Shown: positions 25,024 to 33,246, counted from the stretch's first letter. The stretch: 64,000 nucleotides of DNA from Hallerella sp. (GCA_963648925.1 CAVJFO010000003.1:58304-122303); one strand, 5' to 3'. Notes: generated by a model not told the origin, from the sequence alone. Program-made: numbers and translations.

Positions 25024-27519
25024 ATGAAAAAATGTTATTTATTGACTTTATTCTCTGCCATTTTCCTTCTTGGATGCAATCCCGTAAACTCTTCCGAGGT
25101 TGTTTCATCTAGTAGCAGTGAAGAAGAACTAGTCGAATCTTCTCCGATTAACGGAGGGTTTGAAACTTCTGATTTAAGCGGTTGGAAAGTTTTATACGGC
25201 AACAGTTACGATGACGATTCTGTTTCCTCTGTTTCAACATTCTCCTTCAAAGATGACGAACGTCATCAAGAAATACCCGTTAATCAAACGGGAAACTGGT
25301 ATCTTTCTGGAAAGGGATTTGATGGAAAACGTTCTTTTTCAAGAACCGGAGCCATCCAATCATCTAATTTCGTTTTAGCAAAAGATGGCATTTTGAGCAT
25401 GAAACTCGCGGGTGGAGCCTTAGCGAAAGGCAAAGGGGAATCCGCTGCAATGAAGGATGAGGAAAAGATTTGCTATGTCGGAGTTTATTTAGCCAAGAAC
25501 GATCAGATGATCGCAAGGCAAACAAACGATTATTTCTTGGAACATACTGAAAGTTATGTAAACGCCAATCAATATAAGAATGGTGTTTATAATACTGATA
25601 ATTTCGTTGAATATATCCTTGATTTATCGGAATATGCATTAAATGAGGTCTATATCAGAATCGTTGATAATGATACGGATAGTTATTATGGATATCTAAG
25701 CGTGGACGATATTAGAAACGGTTCTTCCTCTTTGTCTCAAACTGAAGGGGAATATTATGTTAAAAGCCATGATTATAAGGAAACTCCAAGTGAACATAAC
25801 GAATATCAAATAGCCAATGGTGGATTTGAAGATGGCTCACTCGCTGGCTGGGAAATAGTTTCAGGCAATGCCTTTTCTAACGAAGGCGTAAATTCCGAAG
25901 AAACATGGTGGAACGAGGCAATTTCCTATAATCGAGACGGTTCTTACCATTATGGTTTATATGAACCAACGTATACTGGAATAATGAGATCGTCTGCCTT
26001 TACCGTTGGTGGAAGCGGCTATATCACTTATAAACTTGGTGGCTGCATGGATCAGAATCTCACTTATCTTCGTTTCATTCTTTTAGAAGGAGAAAAAGAA
26101 ATTGAAGTAGGGAGAACATCGAACTTTAAATATAACAACGACCAATTCCCATATATCGCCAATGGCATGCGTTTGCTGAACATGAATCAATATTACGTGA
26201 ACTTTTCTCGTTATATTGGCGAAAAGATGTTAATCGAAGTTGTCGATATGAATTCATCTAGCGATGAACTTGGTTGCATAACGTTAGATTCAATTGAAAC
26301 ATATCACCAAACCAAGCCAACTTTCTTCACTGAAACGGCTTACGAATATATTCCGGAAGATAAATATGACATCGAACTTGAAAATGAATATCAAGTTAAG
26401 AACGGAACCTTTGAAAAGGGAAACCTAGATGGTTGGACTTTTGAAGGAGATGAGTTCGTTGAACTTATGAACAAAGACGGATGGTGGAATGAATCTTTCT
26501 CATATAACAAAAAAGGCGAACACTTCGTTTCTGGCGAAAATGTTGAAGGAAGAAGCGGAAAACTAATCTCATCTTCCTTTACTGTCGGTGGTAGCGGAAT
26601 GATTTCTTTCCGTTTAGGGGGAGGAAGAGACCCGTTAAGTTGCTATCTATCTTTCGTTGATGATGAAACGAATGAAGAAATCGCAAGATTTGCCAACACT
26701 AGTTTCAATGATTTAGGAACAGGCCTTTTGAATAAAGGTTCTAACTTATTGAATATGATTTCATATAATGCTGATCTTTCCTCCTTCTTAGGAAGAAAGG
26801 TTCATGCCGAATTAGTTGATAAGGCAAGTAACGATTGGGGATTGCTTTCTTTCGATAGCCTTATAACTTTTTATCCAAGCAAAGAATCAATTCCGCTTGA
26901 TTCTATAACTGCCGTCAATCAATTATCTTTCGTAGAGGAAGAAAATGAATATCAGGTTAAAAATGGCTCTTTTGAAAAAGGAAATTTAGATGGATGGACT
27001 CTTTCAGGGAATATCGGAAATATTTCTTCATTAAACACTTGGTGGAACGAATGTTTCAGCTATGAGAAACAAGGTTCATATTTCTTCAATGGCTGGAATG
27101 GAAATGAAGGAGATACTGGTTACCTAGAAAGCTCGACTTTCACTCTTTCAGGAACTGGAATGATTTCTTTCCGTCTTGGTGGAATGAAAAACTCAGACCA
27201 ATGCTATCTTTCCATTATCGATAGTGAAACCGATGAAGAAGTGGCAAGATATTCCAACTCCAAATTTAGAGAGAACGCCCTTGATTACTATTACGAAGGA
27301 AAACCGATCATCTTGTCAAAAGATAACGTTTATAAAGCCAATATGGCTATCTATATCGCTGATTTAAGCGCATATTCCGGCAGGAAATTAAAATTACGTT
27401 TAGTTGATAATGCTACATCCGATTGGGGCTTAATTTTTGCAGATGATTTCGTTACATTCTACGAAAATGAAGCCGATTATCCTCTTCAAGCGACCGTGGC
27501 TAACAACATTTTACAATAA
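25024..27519 (+). CDS. non-catalytic surface lipoprotein made of four tandem beta-sandwich-like modules (candidate fructan-binding protein)
   Basis: Lipobox LLGCNP. Four modules each carry NGGFE/NGTFEKGxLxGW, WWNE, SSxFTxxGSGxIxFxLGG and DLSxYxGxK...VD...WG...D. No GH32 catalytic blocks. Start moved to the ATG at 25024, after aaaggag. Confidence 0.8.
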   Translation: MKKCYLLTLFSAIFLLGCNPVNSSEVVSSSSSEEELVESSPINGGFETSDLSGWKVLYGNSYDDDSVSSVSTFSFKDDERHQEIPVNQTGNWYLSGKGFDGKRSFSRTGAIQSSNFVLAKDGILSMKLAGGALAKGKGESAAMKDEEKICYVGVYLAKNDQMIARQTNDYFLEHTESYVNANQYKNGVYNTDNFVEYILDLSEYALNEVYIRIVDNDTDSYYGYLSVDDIRNGSSSLSQTEGEYYVKSHDYKETPSEHNEYQIANGGFEDGSLAGWEIVSGNAFSNEGVNSEETWWNEAISYNRDGSYHYGLYEPTYTGIMRSSAFTVGGSGYITYKLGGCMDQNLTYLRFILLEGEKEIEVGRTSNFKYNNDQFPYIANGMRLLNMNQYYVNFSRYIGEKMLIEVVDMNSSSDELGCITLDSIETYHQTKPTFFTETAYEYIPEDKYDIELENEYQVKNGTFEKGNLDGWTFEGDEFVELMNKDGWWNESFSYNKKGEHFVSGENVEGRSGKLISSSFTVGGSGMISFRLGGGRDPLSCYLSFVDDETNEEIARFANTSFNDLGTGLLNKGSNLLNMISYNADLSSFLGRKVHAELVDKASNDWGLLSFDSLITFYPSKESIPLDSITAVNQLSFVEEENEYQVKNGSFEKGNLDGWTLSGNIGNISSLNTWWNECFSYEKQGSYFFNGWNGNEGDTGYLESSTFTLSGTGMISFRLGGMKNSDQCYLSIIDSETDEEVARYSNSKFRENALDYYYEGKPIILSKDNVYKANMAIYIADLSAYSGRKLKLRLVDNATSDWGLIFADDFVTFYENEADYPLQATVANNILQ
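25144..27516 (+). repeat. intragenic tandem repeat, four modules (module starts about 25144, 25801, 26386, 26947)
   Basis: The gaatatcaa/g... module start recurs at 25801, 26386 and 26947 (spacings 585 and 561 bp). Modules 3 and 4 are still alignable at DNA level. Confidence 0.85.
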
Positions 27520-27531
27520 AGGGAAAATACT

Positions 27532-28851
27532 ATGAGTAACACAATATATCCAAAATTCCACGTTTATGGTCCAAAAGGATGGATTAACGATCCAAACGGA
27601 TTGGTGTTTTACAAAGATCAATTCCACGTTTTTTATCAATACTATCCTAATGACGTTCATTGGGGGCCGATGCATTGGGGACACGCTGTAAGCAAAGATC
27701 TTAGGCATTGGGATTACCTTGAGCCAGCTTTACGCCCAGATGAGCAAGACGATGGTTGCTTTTCAGGCTCAGCGATTGAAGTGGAAGGAAAACTTTATCT
27801 TATTTATACCAGCTTCACTAATCGCGAAGGAATAATTAGGCAACAACAAGCCATTGCCGTTTCATCTGATGGCATTCATTTTGAAAAGAAAGGCTTAATA
27901 ATCACAAGCGATGAACTTCCTCTTGGTTATCTAAAGGAAGATTTTAGAGATCCTTCGGTCATTAAAGATGGTGAACAATATTTAATGTATGTCGCCTCAA
28001 GAAAAGAAAACGGCAATGGAAGAATTCTTGTTTTTAAGTCCCTTGATTTGTTCCATTGGACTTTCGTTAAGGATTTCTTTGAAAAAGATTCCATAGGAAC
28101 AATGATTGAATGTCCTGATAAGGCAGGAGACATATTAACGTTTTCTGAGCAATTTTTCCCTTCGAATATTGACGGGAACAATAACATTCACGCATCAAGA
28201 TATATCATTAAAGATAAAAATGGCAATTTCTCCTATGAAAATGCCTTAGCTCTTGATTATGGGTTTGATTATTATGCCGCTCAATCTTTCAAAGGAAAGA
28301 ATATCCTAATGGCTTGGATGAGCATGTGGGATCGCAGTTTCATAAGCGAAAAAGACGGATATGCAGGAGAACTTACATATCCAAGAGCTTTAGAAATAAA
28401 GGATGGAAAACTTATTCAAAAGCCTTTCTTGTTAAAGGAAGATGAATTTGTAGAGATCCCGTTTGCTAAAAATCAAAAAATCTACTGCAGAAGTGGCATA
28501 ATTCATCTTTCATTAAAAGAATTAGAATCCTTAGAAATGCGTTTTTATGAAGATGAAGAGAAATATGCCAAATTAAATTTAATTGGGAATGAACTTGTTT
28601 TTGACCGTTCGAAATGCGAAGAAGTATCTTTCAAGGAAACTGATGCAAATTCATTGGCGAAAATAAGAAGAATGCCAATTGATTCAGCAAAAAAAGAACA
28701 CGAATCATATTTAGTAGTTGATAATAGTTCAGTAGAAATATTCTTTGATGGAAAGGTTCTCTCGTCCTTGCTTGCGACAAGTCTATCTAGTGGATTTATC
28801 GAGATTGATGTTTCCGCAAAAGATGGAAAAATCGAGTTATTAAAGATTTAA
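27532..28851 (+). CDS. cytoplasmic GH32 beta-fructofuranosidase / sucrose-6-phosphate-hydrolase-like
   Basis: No signal peptide. Blocks GWINDPNGLVFYKDQFHVFYQYYP, FRDPSVI and IECPD. Confidence 0.9.
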   Translation: MSNTIYPKFHVYGPKGWINDPNGLVFYKDQFHVFYQYYPNDVHWGPMHWGHAVSKDLRHWDYLEPALRPDEQDDGCFSGSAIEVEGKLYLIYTSFTNREGIIRQQQAIAVSSDGIHFEKKGLIITSDELPLGYLKEDFRDPSVIKDGEQYLMYVASRKENGNGRILVFKSLDLFHWTFVKDFFEKDSIGTMIECPDKAGDILTFSEQFFPSNIDGNNNIHASRYIIKDKNGNFSYENALALDYGFDYYAAQSFKGKNILMAWMSMWDRSFISEKDGYAGELTYPRALEIKDGKLIQKPFLLKEDEFVEIPFAKNQKIYCRSGIIHLSLKELESLEMRFYEDEEKYAKLNLIGNELVFDRSKCEEVSFKETDANSLAKIRRMPIDSAKKEHESYLVVDNSSVEIFFDGKVLSSLLATSLSSGFIEIDVSAKDGKIELLKI

Positions 28852-28872
28852 CTAAAAATCGCAAAAAGCATC

Positions 28873-28901
28873 TTGAAAGCGATTACATACGATAATATAA
28901 T
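28873..28901 (+). promoter_or_regulatory. sigma-A-type promoter P2 with a consensus cre box in the spacer
   Basis: TTGAAA 28873-28878, 17-nt spacer, TATAAT 28896-28901. TTGAAAGCGATTACA (28873-28887) fits WTGNAANCGNWNNCW at every position. Confidence 0.75.
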
Positions 28902-28908
28902 TTAGAAA

Positions 28909-28924
28909 ATGGAAACGTTTCCAT
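28909..28924. promoter_or_regulatory. 16-bp perfect palindrome ATGGAAACGTTTCCAT, second copy of the putative LacI operator
   Basis: Same core as 12405-12420, 7 nt after the -10. Confidence 0.7.
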
Positions 28925-28952
28925 ACATAACTTATCATGAAAGGATAAAAAG

Positions 28953-31223
28953 ATGAAAAGAGCAATAATGTTATGCAGTCTAGCATTCCTCGCAGGTTCG
29001 TGTTCTGTTTTGAATGACGTAGCTTTTAACGCTCAAAACAAAAACGCCTTACAACTAATGGAATCAAATAGCGTTGCTGAAACAACTGAGGTAACCTATC
29101 TTCCTGTCGGAGATGATAATTTCACTCTTGTAGATTTTAACGATGGCAAAGAAGATGTGACTTCAACTTTATCTTTAAAGAGTTTTATAAAAGGAAGAAG
29201 AGATACATTCTGGGCTCAAGGAAGATCTTATTGTGCATTGGATAATTTTATCGATTCAATCAATAATAACGGGGAAGGTTTAACGGGAACCTTTAAATCA
29301 AAATCCTTTACGCAAACTAAAAGTTATATTTACTTCACTTTTGGCGGGAACGCCACCAATGAAGTTGTTTTGGTTGATGAGGAAACAAACGAAACCGTTA
29401 AAACATTGAAAAATACGTATTTTAAGGATCCTGAGGTTTCTTGCAACATGCTTATTTATTCGATGGAAGTTCCTGAATCTAATTTGGGACATACCATGCA
29501 TATTGAAGTCAAGGATTTAACGACCGTAGGTTTTGGCGGAGTTGTCTTTGGAGATTTACACGTTAACCAAACCAAAGAAGAAGTGGCAAAAGCCTATTCG
29601 GTTTATTTGAATAATATTTCAATTTCTGACGAACTAAATTCTGACAATCTAAATAAAACAGCAAGAAACTTCATAGTTGATCTTTATAATAATGAAGAGA
29701 ACACCGATTTATATGAATTTGCCAGTTATAAACTAACCGATGCAAACGTTACATTCGACCAAGGAAACGATAATCTTTCAACTTTAGCTTTCGATGACAA
29801 ATATGCTAAAAACTTAGGAGATTTCCGTTTTAATGGATTCATCTCTTCCGATACAGCATATGACTGGAATGAACAAATGCCATTTAATAATGACGGTTAC
29901 TTCTTCAACGGAAATGGCTATTCGGAACGTAGCGAAGATGCTAAATTCCGTTTCTTGACTAATAAATTCACTCTTTCTGGAACTGGATTGGTTTCAATCA
30001 AGATGGCTGGGCGTTCTGCTCAATTGCAAGTTCTTGATCCATCGACAATTGGAACAGATAGCCCAACAATATTAGAAACTTTAGATAATGCCTCTTTTGC
30101 CGATTGCGAGGGTGGAGTTGAAAACGTTTATTTTAAAGGAGCCAATTACAACACTTTGCAAAGAGTCTATTGGGATTTAAGTGAATATGTTGGGAAAGAC
30201 ATCGTTTTAGCGATTGCCGATAAAGATACTGATAAAAATTGGGGAATGCTCTTCTTTGACGATCTCATCACAAAATACGATGAACTCCCTTCATTTACTG
30301 TCGATGTCTTTGGACAAACTTATAAAGGATCCGAAACGACGTACTATGGCGCATTCACTGATTTATACGTAAAATCCGACGATACAAACTATAACGAGAC
30401 ATTTAATGAGGCATACACTTTCTTAAATAATTATTATTACAACACCGCATCGTTGGTTAATGACAAGAAACACGACTATCTAGCAAGCAACTCTTCTGAT
30501 GAGGCTAAGGATACTCGTAAAGCGTACCAAACACTTTCAACTGAAGCAAAAGAAATTGTCGATTCCTCTGAAGATTTCTATTTCTCCCTCGAAGGAGATG
30601 ATTGGCAAAATTACAAGCCAACTGTTACTACAGTAAAAGATCGACTCTTCTCTTCCTTCGTTTCTTATGTTGAAGATTCATCTACAAAAGCAAAATTGTC
30701 TTACAGATATACTGCAACAACAACTGATGAAACGACAACCTATGAAATTTCTGATGTCGCTTTGAGATTTGGCGGATACATTCTCAAAGATGATTATGAC
30801 GCTATCAAAGAAAACGTCACTAGCTATGGCGTTTATCTCAGCGTTAATTTGCCAGAGGGTTATTCCGATTTACTTTCAGCACTTAAAGATGGCGCAACAT
30901 TTGGTGAAAATGCACTTAGCACAAGCGAAAGCAGCGTTTCAGAAGAAGGCCATCCAGTTTCAGCATCTTCTTCTGAGAAAACGACCTCAGACCAAAATGA
31001 AGATTATTACCTCTTCAACGCATATCTAGATGTGACTGAAGCAAATTATGCAAAAACTGTTTATTCAGTTGCCTTCATTAAACTAGATAACGGCGAAATT
31101 ATTTATTTACAAGAAAGAAGCGCTTCAGTTGCATCGTTAGCTCAAGAATATCTTGATGATACTTCCATTAGCAAAACTGATGAAATTAACGCTACTTTGC
31201 AAATACTTGCCGATGCTAAATAA
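28953..31223 (+). CDS. surface lipoprotein with two degenerate copies of the same module plus a roughly 300-aa C-terminal region of unknown type
   Basis: Lipobox LAGSCS. Module signatures are GEGLTGTFKSKSFTQTKSYIYFTFGGN...HIEVKDLTTVGFGGVVFGD and RFLTNKFTLSGTGLVSIKMAGRS...WDLSEYVGKDIVLAIADKDTDKNWGMLFFDD. Confidence 0.75.
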   Translation: MKRAIMLCSLAFLAGSCSVLNDVAFNAQNKNALQLMESNSVAETTEVTYLPVGDDNFTLVDFNDGKEDVTSTLSLKSFIKGRRDTFWAQGRSYCALDNFIDSINNNGEGLTGTFKSKSFTQTKSYIYFTFGGNATNEVVLVDEETNETVKTLKNTYFKDPEVSCNMLIYSMEVPESNLGHTMHIEVKDLTTVGFGGVVFGDLHVNQTKEEVAKAYSVYLNNISISDELNSDNLNKTARNFIVDLYNNEENTDLYEFASYKLTDANVTFDQGNDNLSTLAFDDKYAKNLGDFRFNGFISSDTAYDWNEQMPFNNDGYFFNGNGYSERSEDAKFRFLTNKFTLSGTGLVSIKMAGRSAQLQVLDPSTIGTDSPTILETLDNASFADCEGGVENVYFKGANYNTLQRVYWDLSEYVGKDIVLAIADKDTDKNWGMLFFDDLITKYDELPSFTVDVFGQTYKGSETTYYGAFTDLYVKSDDTNYNETFNEAYTFLNNYYYNTASLVNDKKHDYLASNSSDEAKDTRKAYQTLSTEAKEIVDSSEDFYFSLEGDDWQNYKPTVTTVKDRLFSSFVSYVEDSSTKAKLSYRYTATTTDETTTYEISDVALRFGGYILKDDYDAIKENVTSYGVYLSVNLPEGYSDLLSALKDGATFGENALSTSESSVSEEGHPVSASSSEKTTSDQNEDYYLFNAYLDVTEANYAKTVYSVAFIKLDNGEIIYLQERSASVASLAQEYLDDTSISKTDEINATLQILADAK

Positions 31224-31240
31224 GGTGGAGGATATAAAAA

Positions 31241-31399
31241 ATGAAAGAAAATAAAATGAATAATTATGTTACTCCTATCGCAACGATTATTGTTTTCGAC
31301 AATGAGGATATAATTCGCACAAGCGGAGTCGGAGATCCTGGATTTGGAGCCAACGGAGATAAATGGCATGTTACTCCTGGCGACGATTTTTGGGGATAA
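31241..31399 (+). CDS. unlisted small ORF, 52 aa (hypothetical)
   Basis: SD aaggtggagg at 31222-31231, ATG at 31241, TAA at 31397-31399. Sequence MKENKMNNYVTPIATIIVFDNEDIIRTSGVGDPGFGANGDKWHVTPGDDFWG. Packed tightly between two lipoprotein genes. Confidence 0.6.
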   Translation: MKENKMNNYVTPIATIIVFDNEDIIRTSGVGDPGFGANGDKWHVTPGDDFWG

Positions 31400-31401
31400 T
31401 A

Positions 31402-31698
31402 ATGAAGAAAAATAAATTTCTCTTACTTGCGATTCTTTCTCCTCTCCTATTTAGCTGTAACGCTAAAGAAACAACATCGTCATCATTCAACAATTCCTCT
31501 TCAAGCGCTAGCATGAGTTCCTCTTCAAATGAAGAATCGCATCCTTCAAGTAGCGATAACCCCGATTCTTCAAAAGAACTTTCATCAAGTTCAGAAGAAA
31601 ATTCTTCTCCTTCTACCTCGGATGATATTTCTAGCGAAGAAACATCTAGCAAAGAGACAACAAAAGAAGAAGGGACTGTTGAACTTCCTTACATATGA
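31402..31698 (+). CDS. Ser/Glu-rich low-complexity mini-lipoprotein (98 aa)
   Basis: MKKNKFLLLAILSPLLFSCNA lipobox followed by S/E/D-rich sequence. Start moved to the ATG at 31402. Confidence 0.65.
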   Translation: MKKNKFLLLAILSPLLFSCNAKETTSSSFNNSSSSASMSSSSNEESHPSSSDNPDSSKELSSSSEENSSPSTSDDISSEETSSKETTKEEGTVELPYI

Positions 31699-31703
31699 CC
31701 TAG

Positions 31704-31730
31704 AGCACCTATTTAAATGGGTGCTTTTTT
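31704..31730 (+). terminator. rho-independent terminator ending the fructan locus
   Basis: Stem agcaccta/taaatgggtgct region (31704-31725) followed by tttttt. Confidence 0.8.
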
Positions 31731-31862
31731 AAATCAATAATTCTATATATTTATATAAGGCAATCGTGAATCTGTTTACTGCTAGCGTAAAAGATTCAAA
31801 ATTGATTTTATTTTTTTGCACCTTTAATATTTTGTTTCGTTTCAATATAATTGAAAGAGCAT

Positions 31863-32270
31863 ATGGCAGACGATTTAAAACTTAACGAAAAAGACATACT
31901 CAGCAAGAAATTCAAAAAAGATATCAAAGGATATGACGCTGCAGAAGTTGATTCATTCTTAGATATCGTAATTAATGATTATGCGACGTTTAAGCGAATA
32001 ATTGCTAGCCATGATGCTGAAATTGCGTCTTTAAAAGAAGAAATCAAACGCGCAAGCGCTATTGATGGCAAAAGTAATGTTGCCGCTTTAAAAGAACGCA
32101 ATCGTCAACTTGAAGTGGAGAACGCGTCCTATAAAAACAAACTTAAAGGTTTGACTTCCGAAGATAAGATAGGCAAAGAAAACTATGTCTATATTAAACG
32201 TCTTCGCGAATTAGAAAATTTCCTTTATCAATTAGGATACGATCCAAAAACGCTTAAGTTGCGAAAATAA
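31863..32270 (+). CDS. gpsB: DivIVA-domain cell-cycle protein GpsB
   Basis: DILSKKFKKDIKGYDAAEVDSFLDIVINDY (DivIVA N-domain), short length, and the position just before rnpB as in Bacillus. Confidence 0.85.
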   Translation: MADDLKLNEKDILSKKFKKDIKGYDAAEVDSFLDIVINDYATFKRIIASHDAEIASLKEEIKRASAIDGKSNVAALKERNRQLEVENASYKNKLKGLTSEDKIGKENYVYIKRLRELENFLYQLGYDPKTLKLRK

Positions 32271-32272
32271 AG

Positions 32273-32603
32273 AAATCCGGTCCAGGCGATTGCTAGGAAA
32301 CTAGAGGAAAGTCCATGCTCGCACAGCCTGCGATGGCTGTAGTGTTTGCGCAAAGCCAATAAATAAGCTTTGGCACGTAGGAGTACGTGACGGCAGCGAA
32401 TTAACTCACGTAGTTAAGGAACCATAAAGTGCCACAGAGACGAGCTTGTTAGCGATAACAAGGTGAAACGTTGGTAAACCCCACAAGCGAGAAACCCAAA
32501 TTTGGTAGGGGAAGAAGGGAAAGCGAAACGAAGCCTACCCTTCCAGGGAAACCTGAGATTAATTATCGCCCTCGACAGAACATGGCTTATCGGGCCGGAT
32601 ACT
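32273..32603 (+). ncRNA. rnpB: RNase P RNA, type B
   Basis: gaggaaagtccatgctcgcac (P4 5' side and flanks), acagaacatggcttatcg (P4 3' side). P1 pairing of tccggtcc (32275-) with gggccgga (32592-). Confidence 0.9.
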
Positions 32604-32622
32604 CACTAAGAAAGGAACGAAT

Positions 32623-33246
32623 ATGAATATACCCACGAAGATAACCACCGCTAGGATCGTCTTGGTTGTAGCTCTTTTGGCTTTTTTGCTCGTTTTTGAT
32701 TTTTTGCCAGACTATGCTCCGCTTTGTTTTGGACCAAATGGTTCGATTAACATCGTTTATTTTATTGCGATGATCGTCTTCGTGATTGCTTCAGCGACTG
32801 ATTTTCTTGATGGATATTTAGCAAGAAAGTGGCATCAAGTCACTGACTTAGGCAAATTCCTCGATCCTGTTGCGGATAAGCTTTTAGTTAACTCTATCCT
32901 TATTTATCTTCTTGTTTCTAGATATGGGAATATGTCGATTCCTGTATTTGCAGTCGTAATTATGATCGCAAGAGATTTAGTTGTTGACGCGTTAAGATTC
33001 GTTGCCGCAAGCAAGGGCATTGTTTTAGCGGCTAATATTTTCGGAAAATTGAAGACTGTTTTCCAAATGGTTGCTATACCCGTTGTTTTATTAAATGGGT
33101 GGCCATTTTCTTATTTTGATTTAAATTGGAATCCATATTTACGAATTGGAAATATCCTTATCTATTTAGCTACGGCAATGTCTTTATTATCGGGGATAAT
33201 TTATGTCGCTCAAAACATTTCTGTTTTTAAGGAGGAGAAAAAATGA
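32623..33246 (+). CDS. pgsA: CDP-diacylglycerol--glycerol-3-phosphate 3-phosphatidyltransferase
   Basis: CDP-alcohol phosphotransferase motif DFLDGYLARKWHQVTDLGKFLDPVADK. Confidence 0.92.
   Translation: MNIPTKITTARIVLVVALLAFLLVFDFLPDYAPLCFGPNGSINIVYFIAMIVFVIASATDFLDGYLARKWHQVTDLGKFLDPVADKLLVNSILIYLLVSRYGNMSIPVFAVVIMIARDLVVDALRFVAASKGIVLAANIFGKLKTVFQMVAIPVVLLNGWPFSYFDLNWNPYLRIGNILIYLATAMSLLSGIIYVAQNISVFKEEKK

Noticed and set aside
31371-31732. Antisense 93-aa Glu/Leu-rich ORF and a plus-strand 67-aa ORF over the Ser-rich lipoprotein gene.
   Set aside because: These are compositional mirror images of the AGC/TCN/GAA-rich sense strand. They have no start context, whereas the sense frame has a lipobox and operon-type spacing.
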